A stretch of 64,000 nucleotides of DNA from Hemiscyllium ocellatum (Eukaryota), in contig NC_083430.1 in NCBI RefSeq assembly GCF_020745735.1, positions 28,386,909 to 28,450,908 on the forward strand, given 5' to 3'. A program made the position numbers and the translations under genes. This document shows positions 27,003 to 39,706 of this stretch, in pieces. Below the pieces are notes generated by a model. That model saw nothing but the letters and a program-made list of their open reading frames with translations, did not search any database and was not told the DNA's origin. The stretch's first letter is position 1. Every line of letters begins with the position of its first letter.

Positions 27003-27190
27003 TTGGCAGGCTGAAAGCTCCAGCACAGAACACCAGCCTAATGGTTTCAGAATCTGAACTTGACAGTGATGAAGCGATCTTCACCTGGCCAGACAGAGAG
27101 AAAGGGAAATTACTGCGAAACCAGAATGGATCAATCCATAATGGCCAAATTGTTGAAAAAACTAAGAAACAAAGGGAAGAAATCCTATAA
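27003..27190 (+). CDS. KIAA0319L: KIAA0319L last coding exon (VGRLKAPAQNTSLMVSESELDSDEAIFTWPDREKGKLLRNQNGSIHNGQIVEKTKKQREEIL*)
   Basis: ttgcag acceptor, phase 1, TAA at 27188-27190. SESELDSD.AIFTWPDREKGKL and the terminal EEIL fit KIAA0319L rather than KIAA0319. Confidence 0.95.
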
Positions 27191-29276
27191 GTGAAATCTA
27201 GCCACCAGACTTGTAGAAGCTATAGAGCTAGGATAGAAGCTGTCTCCCAGTATTATCTCTGCTCAGTAAAATGAAGATTGACCTGAAGCAATAGTGACTA
27301 CTATGCTGCATGCAGTGTGTCAACCATACCTGCAAAATGAGTCAGTTCAGCATTTAAATGCTTCAACTGCTCATCTTGTTTGAGATTAACAGAATCTGAT
27401 TTCTCAATTGAAGGTGAGAAAAAGACTTGGGAGAGATATAAATTGGCCAGAAACTGTGGCTGCACTCGATACTTCAGCAATTAACAATCTGCAGGTTTGT
27501 GGTTTTGATGCTCTCTTTCCAGTGAGACATCTACTGGAAATCTATTGCACTGCAGCTTAAAATTTTAAAGCCAAAAATGTGATGTGGGAACACACTGGAT
27601 GTCTTGTGAACTTTAATCATTACCCAACGCTTGGATATGACCACTTCCTTCAGTTCAGCAATTGGATAAATATGCTGAAGTCCATGGAAAACTGAATACT
27701 GTGATGCTAAGCATTGTCCTGTGATTCTGGAAATTTTAGTATGAACTTCTACCATTCTCTTTTTAAAGACTTGTAATGCAGGTGAAGACAAAGGGATTTA
27801 TTGTCTTCACTTGTTTTAGTGAGTTGACTGCAATGCAGAAGTGGCAATGACCCTGGGTTGTTTTAGGTTTGTAAAAATAATTATCACTACTGTATTTTTC
27901 TGTTAATATTGGGAATGTGTTGGTTTTATTAGTGTGAAGTGTTGACAGGGTGTTCTTAATTTATTCTTAAATGGGAAGGCACTAATTTGCAATGTTTATT
28001 CCCTTCCAATGAATGTAGGTCTGTGTTTGCTGCTCACTTGTTTCTCCATTTTCAAAAAAAATTGTCTTCCTTTTAAATACACTGGCACTTGGGCTTCACA
28101 TCTTGATACCGGTGAACGATCCAATTGATGGTCATTTAAAATGACAAAGGAATAATGTAATGACCAAGGCATGAGTAACAGTCCCCTATTTAGTGCCTTC
28201 CAGGAATAGAAATATTATTTAACTGTCTTTTGAAATATATCTGTTGTACACCAGCAAAACAAATGCTGTGCTACTGATAATTAAATAAAGAAAGGTTTTG
28301 AAGGAACTATGTACCTTAATTTAAAAAGGTAAAAAGTTGGAAACTTTAATTACTGGATCAATTCTGGATGATACGTTCAAAAGAAACTTCTGTAAAATTA
28401 TTTTATTGATTTTATCTGTCAATGTTAACAAGATTGCACTATTAACTTGGCTGATTATTATTTATCAAAATTCAACACAGCGTTATACTGTTACTTTAAA
28501 ATATCATTAGTTCATTACTTGGAATTGCTATAAGTAAATATTCTAACAATTCTTTCCATTATAATGCACACTACAATGATTCCTGTCAGAAGAATAACGT
28601 AAATTTGATTGCTGCTTAAATATGAGTGACATTTTAGAAAAAAATGTGATATTGTCAGAATGAGCGCATCAGGTGTGTTCGTTGATTTTTCAAATGGTTT
28701 CCCAATTTAGAGTATCTATTCTCTAAGCTGCTCCATTTATTTAAAAAGAGATGATATGGGTCCATGTTGGACTACAGAATAAATATAATAAGTTACGTGC
28801 TGCAGAGCCATCCATAAAGATCCCAGTTCTTGGTGTGTGTGCGTGCTACTGAAATCTTCCCTGTAATTTCCTCTGAGAAGGGACCAGCTATCCAGACATT
28901 TCTGCTGGAAAAACCCATCTATTGATTAGACTGATAACTCTAACTGTTTTTGTCTGTTTATGCATAGCAAAAAAGCAACATGAATAAGGTACCAAAAAGG
29001 CTGCTGGCATCAATTTAATTGTGTTGCAACATGTTTAATTGATTTCCAGAGATAATCCATGCACAGAGAAAGATACTGTTGCCTATCTATCTATGAATGT
29101 TGAGTACAAAAGGAGAATGCCTGGAAATAATGTTTAAGAAGGAAAGAACTTATGATTTTGATGTCCAAAAGTACTTAGTGTCCAATGAAATGGTTTTCAA
29201 GTACAGAAACTGTTGTAATATGGGGAATCATGCCAGCCAGTTATACATAGTGATGTGCCACAAACCATGAAATAAA
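27191..29276 (+). other. KIAA0319L: Probable KIAA0319L 3' UTR; end not determined
   Basis: AT-rich and largely repeat-free after the stop; candidate AATAAA at 28284, 28778 and 29271. Confidence 0.45.
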
Positions 29277-29430
29277 TTATCTTTCTTTTCCCAAAGTGGT
29301 TTGAGAGATCAGGTGGACTTTTGGTTTAACAATGTACCTAAAAGATGGCATCCCTGTTAGCACTCAGCAGTGTATCGGTATATGTCAGGGTCAATTCTGT
29401 ACTCATGTCTCGAGCCAAGGTTGGTAACAT
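29150..29430 (-). mobile_element. Old Deu-domain/L2-tail SINE relic (SacSINE1/AmnSINE-like)
   Basis: Degenerate resemblance to the DeuSINE consensus as I recall it; similar relics near 8130-8400, 23350-23450 and 44230-44360. Confidence 0.4.
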
Positions 29431-29529
29431 ACGTCCAGTTGTACAAATTTACGTTGGTGGTTCTTTTTGTTTTGAAACACGTTTGTACTTGGACTTGGCA
29501 CACAGTTGAGGAAAATATCAAAGAAATAG

Positions 29530-29754
29530 CTAAGAATATGATTCATATGTAATTATCTTTAATTGATCATACTTCGAGCGGTATTGCATCCATAGTTTTT
29601 TCAATTCATCCTCTACAAAGTTCTTAAATTGCTTTTCCCCAGGTTTCATTGGTGTTTGAATTGACAATGTTTCATACAAAGGATGAGAGTTTTTGATTAA
29701 ACTAAGGTGACCATAAGTCAAAATTGCATAATGTTCTTCCATTCGTTTCTCCAT
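29530..29754 (-). pseudogene. Candidate terminal exon (MEKRMEEHYAILTYGHLSLIKNSHPLYETLSIQTPMKPGEKQFKNFVEDELKKLWMQYRSKYDQLKIITYESYS*)
   Basis: 74 open codons in AT-rich DNA starting right after an AG; preceded by a 126-nt intron-like stretch from the donor at 29880. Confidence 0.55.
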
Positions 29755-30580
29755 CTTCCAACAAATACAGGATTTTCAGACAAATAGATTTAATTTATAA
29801 TGTAATAATTTTACATCATTAGTACTTATAGTTTAGATATTTCATAACTTCACATGGAAATAAAGGCTTGCGTCTTGTACCTGATGAGGGTAATGAGGTA
29901 ATCATGAGGTATTCTTAAATACACTGCTTTTGGACCCAGGTACAAAAAAGTAAACTTTCACCAAAAGAGTAACATTTGGAGATTAACTATTCATTTATTA
30001 AAGCTAGATAATGACCTTGGAAGATGCAAGCATTGAATATGTCTACGGTTATAGGGAGTGACAACAATTGTATCGTTCACCTTTTCTTGCATAGCATACA
30101 CTGTTTTGAAATGTTACACTATGCACCAGCATTTGTCACTGTGGAGAATTTTAATAGAGCTCAAGTGTTTTTTTGTTAACTTTGTGAAGTACAAGTCCTG
30201 CTTTTAAAACTAAGTGGATGGTTCCTGGTAATAAGCAGCTGATCAGTTGAAGTAAGGATTTTAAAACTTTGACAGTTTGCTTATTTTGTTTGAAGTTTTG
30301 TCAATATCTAAAATTTATTTTTTAAAGAGAGCTAAATGTGTTTATTTTGATGTTTAAAAGGTTGACTCCTTCATTGACACAATGTTTAATAGCCAGGTGT
30401 CCAAGAAAGTCTGATTGATGTGACATTGTATAATATGGGGAAATAACACCGGAGTAAGGACTCTCTTTCCATTAAAATGGCATCTCAGTGCATTTTCTTT
30501 AAGTTTCATTCATTTGTGTTTTTATTCATTCTTAATGTGTTCTTTTCTAATCATGTATGTTATGACCAGACTCTACATAC

Positions 30581-30661
30581 AATTAACAAGTATTCCTGAG
30601 GGGACGACAAAGCATTGTCCATTTAATCTCGCTTGTGAGGTGTTAAGCTTATGATGGATAG
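30581..30661 (-). pseudogene. Candidate exon (AIHHKLNTSQARLNGQCFVVPSGILVN)
   Basis: tattacag acceptor, T|gtatgt donor; 81 nt, phase 1->1; only this frame is open. Confidence 0.55.
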
Positions 30662-31040
30662 CTGTAATACAATCTCCATGGAATTTTATATTTTGCCCAT
30701 TTCATTGTCTGTGTTGATTTTTATTTTTTTAAATATAGACGTGCATCGATATTGTCATATCTAGATGACAATATTTTATTCTATTCCCTAATTCATTTGG
30801 ATCGTCCATGCAAAGCTTATAAATTATACACTACTATTTGTTGGAAGAAGGAAATACATTTTAACATGCTATTCTGGTACCATTGTCTAAACTTGTGCTA
30901 ACAAAGCAAATAATCATTTTAAAAGATTTCGATACCAAAGATTGTAATTTTAAGAAATCTGTGGGTTCGTTTGAACGTGATAGTGTTAGCAGAGAAATTC
31001 ACATTATAAGTGAAGGCCAAATTTCATTACTGTTCCCAAC

Positions 31041-31227
31041 CCTGTATTTCCGTTTCCTGTAATTTTGCACCAGTTATCCATGTTCTTAAGCCTGCTCTTT
31101 TTTTAAGTCGGCTTTGACCACAAATTCTCAATTTAACTTCTGTTTGGTATTTTTTTTCAAATCACAATGGACCAACAATTCCTTTCATTGACCACCTGTC
31201 AGATGATATTTCTGCTATTTTTAGCTT
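31041..31227 (-). pseudogene. Candidate exon with one TGA (KLKIAEISSDRWSMKGIVGPL*FEKKYQTEVKLRICGQSRLKKRAGLRTWITGAKLQETEIQ)
   Basis: catgtag acceptor, G|gttggg donor; phase 0->1, fits both neighbours; TGA at 31164-31162. Confidence 0.5.
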
Positions 31228-31279
31228 CTACATGAATACATGACCATTTTATGAGAAATTTTCTTGTCCATAAATCACA

Positions 31280-32910
31280 AGATGTAGAAGCAGAAGCAGG
31301 CATTAAATGGATTGTCTAATCTGGCAATCCTCAACTTCACTTGCCTACCTTTTCCCTGTACCCCTTGATGCCTTACTGTTTGAAAATCCATCTCTCTGCC
31401 TTGAATATTCTTAATGACCCTTCCTTAACAGCCCTCTGTGGTTTAAAAAAAACTACAGAAATGAAAATAAATTACTGGAGAAACTCAGCTGGTCTAGCAG
31501 CATCTGTGGAGAGAGAAACAAAGTTAATGTTTCAAGTCCAATGACTCTTATTAAGATTAGTGCCTTTGGACTGGAAGTATTAACTCTGTCTGTCTCGCCA
31601 CAGATGTTGCAAAACCTGTTGGGTTTCTCAAGCACTCTTTATTTCCAATATCCAGCATTTATTGTATTTTGCTTTATTTAAAACTAAAATCACAGATTCA
31701 CTGCCCTCTGAGAAGAAATTCCTAATTGCCTTTGAACTAAATGGGCAATTCCTTACTAGTCATAGAGTCATACACCACAGAAACAGACCCTCTATCCCAA
31801 CCCATCTGTGTCAACCAGGTTTCCTAAACCAAACTAGTATTGTTTGCCTGAATTCGGCTTATTTCACTTATTTCTCCCTCAACCTTTCCTATCCAGTTGT
31901 AACTTCACTTGTCCTCTACCAAGGCAGCTTGTTCCTTTTTATTTGCACCACCCTCTGTGTGAAAAGATCGCTTCGCACGTCTCTCTTTAAATCCTCCTCT
32001 TCCCACTATCCCCCCCCCCCCCCAGCCCCACTGCAGCACCCAACTTCGAACCTATGCCCTATAGTTTTGGACTCCCCATAAATATTCACCGTATCTATGC
32101 CCCTCATGATTTTTATAAGCCTCTATAAGATCATTCCCTTCCTCCCCACCCCACACACACAACCCCCCCCCCCAGCTCCCATGCTTCAAGGAGAAAAGTC
32201 CTAGCCTTTTCCCAAGTCAAGCCCTTCAATCTTGGTAAAAATCCTAGTAAATTTTTTTTTTAATACCCTTTCCAGTTTAATAGCAATTTAGTACTCTGAA
32301 ATTATACACTGTAGTCCTAGACTTACCCTCAAGGGCAAACAGCGCTTCTGCATTAAACACTTCAAGTCTCCTGAGACTCTTGTGTTTCGATAAGACCATC
32401 ACTCATTCTTGTAAACTTCAGTGAGTACTTATCTAACTACTCAACCTCTCTTCATAGGAAATCCCTTTATATCTGGGATGAACCATGTGAACCTTCTTTG
32501 GACTACCTACAGTGCCATTAAATTATTTCCTTTTGAGGGGGCCAAAACTCTTTATAGTGTTCCAGGTGTGGTCTAATCAGTACCTTCTATAATTTTAGCA
32601 AACCATCCCTATTTTTATACTCCATTTCCTTTGAAATCATGTCAAACATTCCACTTGCCTTCCTCATTAGCTGCTGAACTTGGATACTAGCTTTTTGTGA
32701 TTCATGCATGAGGACACCCAGATTCTCTGTGCTACACCTTTCTGTAGTCTACTTTCCATTTAAATCACAGTCCGTTTCTCTGTTCTTCCTGCCAAACTGC
32801 AAAACCTTACATTTCCTCTCATCATTTTCCATCTGCCAAGATTTTTTTCCACTCATTTTAATTGCCTATTTCCCTCTGCAGACTCTGTATCTGCAATAGT
32901 TTTTTTTTCT
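31280..32910 (-). mobile_element. Nested decayed CR1 3' fragments with an inserted palindromic PLE-tail element (about 31455-31680)
   Basis: CR1 tails at about 31280 and 31780. The arms CTGGAGAAACTCAGC...CATCTGTGG and CCACAGATG...GGTTTCTCAAG are inverted. Confidence 0.7.
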
Positions 32911-33154
32911 CTGTAACCTTTGTGGACAGTGTAGTGACTAGCATGCTGGGATGGGACAGAACATTAAACTTGTCCAATCATTATGGCAAAGAATCAGCCT
33001 AACCATTAATATCCAAAGATAAAAGACTTCCTCATCTATAAAAATAGATCTTCCTTTACAACTATAGCAAAAACCCAGAGCTTAATGGCAAAGCTGTATC
33101 CCATATTCCACCAAGTGAAACACAGAAATACCTAAATGGCTGCATCGATTCCTG

Positions 33155-33348
33155 TCAAAGTGTAGCACTGGAAAAGCACAGCAGCTCAGGCAGCATTTGA
33201 GGAGCAGGAGAATCAATGTTCCAGGCATAAGCTCTTTGTTAGGAATGCCGATTCTCTTGCTCCTCGGATGCTGCCTGACCTGCTATGCTTGTCCAGCACT
33301 ACACTTTTCCACTCTGATCTCCAGCATCTGCAGTCCTCATTTTCTCTT
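33155..33348. mobile_element. Palindromic Penelope-tail hairpin element
   Basis: Arm GGAAAAGCACAGCAGCTCAGGCAGCATTTGAGGAGCAGGAGAATC and its reverse complement. Confidence 0.8.
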
Positions 33349-33349
33349 G

Positions 33350-35700
33350 CATAGCTTCCTGAGCAGGCATGGCAGAGGATGATTGGAACCAGAAGCTCAA
33401 AACATGAGGGGCCAGCCTGAGAACAGTTGCTCACCAACCAGCACAAAAAAGATTGAGATCCTGAGGACTCGTGTGATTCCCAGGTTGTGTTTCCATCAGA
33501 TCCTCTCTGAAATGCAACAGAGCACACTCATCAAATCACCAAAAAAATCCTCTCATAAGTTCCTACACTTGGCACCTCAGACAACTGATGGCCGGCTTCC
33601 TGTACTGCAACGATGGGATCAGCATGACAACTTTTTAAAGAGCAAATTCCAGTGATGGATATTTGAAAATGTGAAGCACTCAAAACATCCATGGACTCTG
33701 TGATTCAGCAGTCATTCCAATTCTGAGACCAATGCAGCCACAGCACCAAAGGACTATGAGAGCTCAGAATATTTCCTTAAGGGATAGTGATTTCACCAGA
33801 GACTTCAACCAAAGCAAAATTGATGAAGCAATATGCACTGTGGAGGGAATGGGAATTTGCAAAGTGGTTAAACTTCAAAAGCCATGATATGGACATGACA
33901 CATACCATAAATATGATAAAGTCTCAAAAGCATGGTCTAATCTGCATATAATATTTACAGTTTCTTACGATGATGTAACCTTTACCTTAAATGGTTGAAC
34001 CTTGTGCTGGGCCAACCATACATGATTTAAGAATTTGTCAAGGAGATCTTTTGAGTTAGAAGAATTTAGAGGTGGAGTGCTGAATCTATAAAAATAGATC
34101 TTCCTTTACAACTAAAGCAAAAAGCCAGAGCTTAATGGCAAAGCTGTATCCCATACCCCACCAGGTGAAACACAGAAATACCGAAGTGCCTGCAAGCCTC
34201 ATAATGAAACTTGATGTATTTCTGGGTACTGAGAACGCAACAATAAAGTGCCACAAGAAGATCTTGGGCCAAATACAGTATAATGATACATCACCAAGGA
34301 TGGCTGGACTTTGTCCATTTCACCTTGGTTCTAACTGGAGTGATGGCTTCCTCTGAAAACCTGGCATAATATTCAGCAGAGTCAAAGTTGTGGTGGGATG
34401 TCACAGTCCATTGAGAGGATAATGATGAGACACTAAAACAGGCTTGAGATTTAAAAAAACTGAAATGTAAAGACCCTATACCAGAGATCAGGGAATTGGC
34501 AGAGGGCTCCAAACTGCAATATTTGATTGATATGAGGCAAGTGGCTAAAAAGCAACCACTTCCTAATGCAATTCCTGGAGATGCAAATTATTCATCCACC
34601 AAATATTAAGATTGACTGATTATTATCCCTGATGCTAGAGTCACTTCAAATCATCAGCAATAGAAGGGTAGGGTGACAATATTGCAAGCCCCAGCTCTGA
34701 ATGGGAGATGACTAACATAAGCAGCTTTGTCTGAGGACATGTGGAGTAGGCACACAGATTACAAAATAATGGTAGCAGTTAAGAGGAAAATTTTGAAAAA
34801 GTGGGGGGCTTTATTATCATAATTCAAGTTTCATCGAAAAGTTAATTTGCATGATCCTGCTTTACTCGTTCAATAATAGAATACATCAAATGATGTTGAT
34901 GTCCTCAGTCAATAACCATAACAGCACTCCACCTCTGAATTCTTCTAACTCAAAAAAATCTCCTTGATAACTTGGAATGGTCTCCCCACTGAATAAGGTA
35001 CCTAGTTGCAGTCCTCTGCTCAGAATCCAGTATAGTTGCACAAATCGACATATGTCCCAATATCAAGAGATGTGAAAACATGGAAAAGGCAGATCCTTAA
35101 GTGTTTCAAAGTGGCCAAATGCCTCATCAGCTAATTAGTGAGATGTGTGAATGCATGAATATGATTCCCACTGTCCTTCCATACTTTCTAGCTAAAACAA
35201 AGTCAAGTGAACAGGCTTGGCAGAATGAGAAGTGATAAGATTCTGTTGAGCTTGACTCTGTAGTCTGGTTCTGTCAAGAGATGGGGAGTAATTAGAGGTC
35301 TTGGCCACTGGTGAAATGCCTTTCCCTTTATCATTCTTTTTCCACTGGTTAGAAGTGGTCAGGCGTGATCTGTTCTGGAAGCGCTGGCAGGTGGAGGTTT
35401 CGACAGAGTCTGTGCATGTGTCACAGTGTAATGCAGGTATCCCAAAGCGAGATCAGGGATTAAAGAAACTTGCCCTGAAACAGAAAGATAAATTCCTCTG
35501 GATCTTGGTCTGTATTCCTAATGAAAACCATGAAAAGGGGTGGTCTGACAATCTGCTGACCTCACCCTATTAGCTTTAACTAGGAGATGTCTGAAAAACT
35601 ACCTCAGGGTTAACTGGTTTGTGATGGCTAGGTGTTCATAATGATGTCACTTTTTGATCCTTCAATGATACGAAGAGCCAACACTGTGAAGCAGAAATCT
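33350..35700. other. Decayed unidentified element, possibly a viral/retroelement envelope-like fossil
   Basis: Quasi-open + frame at 33588-34025 and an ORF at 34135-34356, rich in N-glycosylation sequons and Cys; internal direct and inverted duplications. Confidence 0.35.
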
Positions 35701-37529
35701 CTTTCTTTTATTCATTCATGATTCACGAAGGTGGTGGAGAGCTTCCTTCTTGAATCACTGCAGTCTATGCACTGCTGAAAGGCCCTAGTGGAACCCAAAC
35801 TGGACATCACTGAGTAGGTTATTGATGAGTAGGTGCTGCATGATAGCACAGTTGATAACAACTTCTATCACTTTACTGATAATCAAAAGTGGTCTGGGGT
35901 GGTAATTGGCTGGTTTGGATTTGTCTGGCTTTTTACGTACAGGGCGTATTTGGGCAATTTTCCACAGTGTCAGGTAGATACCAGTTTTGTCATTACAAAG
36001 GAACAGCCTGGCTAGGGGATCAGTAAGCTCTGGAACAAAAGTCCTCAGTGCTATTACCAAAATGTTGTCCATGTTTGACAGCATTTGCAGTACTCAGTGT
36101 TTCCAACCATTGCATGATATCCCATGGAGTGAATCGAGTTGGCTAAAGTGTTGCTGGTAAACCACTGGAGGAGGTCAAGATGGATCATCCACTTGGCTCT
36201 TCTGGCTGAAGATTGCTGCAAATGCTTCAGCCTTTTTTTTAAACGCTGTGTTGGGTTACTCTATCATTTGAGGTTGAGGATATTTGTGGAACTTCCTCCT
36301 GCAGCGAGTTGTTTAATTGTCCACTAGCGTTAATGACTGGAGGTGGCAGGACTGCAGAGCTTATATCTGATTGTAGAATCATGTAATTCTGTCTATCACT
36401 TGCTGTTTCTGCTGTTTGGCATGCAAGTTGTTGATAGCTTCATCAGGTTGGCACCTCATTTTTAGGTATGCCTGGTGCTGCTCCTGGCATACCCTCCTGC
36501 ACTCTCCATTAAACCAAGGTTGATGAAATGGTTGTGAGGGATATGCTGGGCCATCAGGATGATTGTGCTGGAGTATAATTTTTTTATTGCTGATTGCCCA
36601 TAGCTCCCTATGGACGCCCAGTCAAGTAGCTAGATCTATTTTGAAGACTGTGCCATTTAGCACAGTGATGGTGCCACACAACATGGAGGGTATTCTCAAT
36701 GCAAAGACAGGACTTTGCCTGCACAGGGACTGTGCTGTGGTCACTCTAACCAATTCTGTCATGGACCGATGCACTTGCAACCAGAAGATTGGTAAGGATA
36801 AGGTCAAATATGCTTCTACCTCATGTTGGTTCTCTGACCACCTGCTGCAGACTTAGTCTAGCAGATATGTCCTTTAGGACCTGACCAGCTTATCAGTAGC
36901 ATAGCTGTCAAGCAACTCTTGGTGGACATTGAAAGCCCCCGTGCTGACTGCGTTTTGTGCCTTTACCATCCTCGGTGTTTTCTCCAAGTGTTTTTCAACA
37001 TGGAGGAGTACTGATTCATCAGCTGAGGGAGGACAGGAAATGGTAATCAGCAGGAGGTTTCCTTGTCCATGTTTAACTTGAAGCTGTGAGACTTATGGGA
37101 TCCAGACTCAATGTTGAGGATCCTCAGGACAACTCCCTTCTGACCAGATGCTAGTGAGGCGTCATATCTGCTGGGTTTGTCCTGCGAATGGGACAGAACA
37201 TGTCTGGAATGGTGATGGTAGTTTCTGGGACATTGTCTGTAAAGTATGTTTTCATGATTATGACTGTTAGGTCGTCATTTGACTAGTCTGTGAAACACCT
37301 CTCCATGATTTTGGCATTCATCCCAGATGTTAGTGAGGAGGACTTTGTTGGGTCAACAGGGATGTTTCTGCCATTACCTCCCAGCGCTTAGCCAATGGCA
37401 GGTGACCAGCTTGGTTTCATTTCTTTGTTGAGACTTTGAAGAGTTTGATGTAACTGAGCAGATTATTAGATCATTTCAGAGGGCAATTGAGAGTCAACCA
37501 CTTTGTTATAGCTGTGGAGTCAGGTGTAG
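35700..37529 (-). mobile_element. Decayed LINE of the CR1/L2 group (non-CR1 family), endonuclease to RT start
   Basis: PELTDPLARLF...WKIAQIRPVRKKPDKSKPANYHP...LLSDVQFGF on the minus strand. Confidence 0.8.
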
Positions 37530-38117
37530 AACAAAGACCAAAGAACATTACAGCGCAGGAGCAGGCCCTTCAGCCCTCCAAGCCGATGTCGATCCATGTC
37601 CTCTATCTAAATCTGCCGTCTATTTTCTAAGGATCTATATCCCTTTGCTTCCTGTCCATTCATGTATCTAGGTATTCCAGGCACCCACCACCCTCTGCGT
37701 AAAGAACTTTTTATGTATATCTCCCCTGAACGTTTTCCCTCTCACTTTGAACTCGTGACCCCTAATAATTGAGTCCACTCTGGGAAAAAGTTTCTTGCTA
37801 TACACCCTATCTACATCTTTCATGATTTTGTAGGCCTCAATCAGGTCCCCCTCAATGAAAATAATCCTAATCTACTCAACCTCTCCTCATAGCTAGCACC
37901 TTCCATGCCAGGGAACATCCTGGTGAACCTCCTCTGCACCCTCTCTAAAGCATCCACATCCCTTTGGTAATGTGGCGACCAGAAATGTACACAGTATTCC
38001 AAATGTGGCTGAACCAAAGTCTTGTACAATTGTAACATGACCTGCCAATTCTTGTACTCAATGCCCCATCTGATGAAGGAAAGCATGCTGTATGCCACCT
38101 TGACCATTCTACTGACC
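37530..38117 (-). mobile_element. CR1 3' fragment inserted with TSD TGTAG
   Basis: LYKTLVQPHLEYCVHFWSPHY; TGTAG at 37525-37529 and 38118-38122. Confidence 0.9.
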
Positions 38118-38979
38118 TGTAGGCCAAACTACATGAGGATGACAGATTTTCTTTCCTTTAACAAATTCAGATATCCAATGGGCTTCCATTTTTAAAAAAA
38201 ATCAATTGAAATTAGACTATATTGCAACTTTTGAATCATGAAATATTCCATGTAATCCTCGCCAAAGACTTCAAGAGAAACATGGCTCAACATGTCCTAA
38301 TTTTGTTAAACTCAGATTTTGAATTTCAATTTTGATGGAACTCATTCCAGACAGTAGTTTTAGTTTTGTTGTGAGTACTTTCTTTTTCTCAACAATGATT
38401 GTTGGTCTGTTGCAATTTGAAAACACAAAGAATTACGTTCTTATAAATAGAAGTTAAACTGAGAATGAAGAATCAAAACATTTTCACCTGTAGCAGTCTT
38501 GAGAAAAGATAGGTGACTGGGACATAGTAGGAGCTGGAGATTAAAAATTGGGAACAGAAATAAAATGTGTTTTTCCAGAAATAAAATTAATTTCTCTGGT
38601 TATATTCAATCTGCCTTTGACAGCATTTTAAAACAGCCTTCAATCATATAATGTCAAATTATCTACCGGGTGTCTGAGGTGAAACGTTGGGCTCAATATA
38701 AAATTTATATCCTATGTATTAATTTGTAAGTGTTGCTGCATTTTTCTACTAAAAGAGTTTTGGCCAATGTGTTGTGATCGGAATTAAAATCTGGTGTTCC
38801 CTGCTTTAAAATTCTCTTTTCTGAGAATAAATGAGCCATTTAATTTAGTTTTCTTTTGTGCTCAAAAGGTGCATCCTTCAACTGTCTAAAACCCAATGTC
38901 ATGTGGTCCAAGTTAATAATAACGTATTTCTCGGACATTCTAGATTGAGTTCTCATATGTGCCCTCATAGTAAATTTGT

Positions 38980-39297
38980 GGGCGGCACGGTGGCACAGTG
39001 GTTAGCACTGCTGCCTCACAGCGCCTGAGACCCGGGTTCAATTCCCGACTCAGACGACTGACTGTGTGGAGTTTGCACGTTCTCCCCGTGTCTGCGTGGG
39101 TTTCCTCCGGGTGCTCCGGTTTCCTCCCACAGTCACAAAGATGTGCGGGTCAGGTGAATTGGCCATGCTAAATTGCCCGTAGTGTTAGGTAAGGGGTAAA
39201 TGTAGGGGTATGGGTGGGTTGCGCTTCGGTGGGTCGGTGTGGACTTGTTGGGCTGAAGGGCCTGTTTCCACACTGTAAGTCTAATCTAATCTAATCT
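38980..39297 (+). mobile_element. Young HE1-type SINE
   Basis: A box TGGCACAGTGG, B box GGTTCAATTCC, (CTAAT)n tail. Confidence 0.92.
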
Positions 39298-39706
39298 ACT
39301 TACACCACTTGAAATAAGTGGAAGGCAGCAGGATCTCATTGGGGTTCAGATGGCTCCAAGATGTCATGTTGTAAATGAAAGGCTGTTATTTAATAGCCCA
39401 TGATACAATCAGAAACCATTACAGATGACAGCCAAGTCCATTTTAACCGAGAACTGTTAGTGATTGACCAGCCATTTTGGCTCGTCATTGGAAGCAAGTA
39501 AGTCCTTCTTGGGCAAAAAAACTTTTAAACTCAGTAATTTTAAAATCTTAAACAATTACAGAACCCCTCACCCCTAAGCACAAGTTAGCATCAGGAAAGT
39601 CTCACCTCTCAAGGAATAGTTCAATCAATTGTGTATAGCTGGGTGAGGAAAAATGTTACACTGTATGTCTCTCCACCTGATCCCAATTAGAGTGTTGGAC
39701 TTAAGG
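39298..39706 (-). repeat. Inverted copy of 21578-21986 (KIAA0319L intron)
   Basis: 409-bp reverse-complement match; one mismatch seen. Confidence 0.95.

Noticed and set aside
1683-27190. Assignment to the paralogue KIAA0319
   Set aside because: The tail (YKILDATD, AIFTWPDREKGK, EEIL) and DPFWMENFI match KIAA0319L as I recall it.
29881-30661. Cyclic-nucleotide-binding domain (GQCFVVPSG...SFGESLL) in the minus-strand candidate
   Set aside because: Superficial resemblance only; the conserved R-x-A motif and spacing are missing. It needs a profile search.
38667-38711. Extra 45-nt exon DINFILSPTFHLRHP
   Set aside because: Weak acceptor and donor; kept only as part of an alternative splice path, not as a feature.
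38980-39060. tRNA gene
   Set aside because: The A/B boxes belong to the tRNA-derived head of a SINE that is repeated several times in the window.
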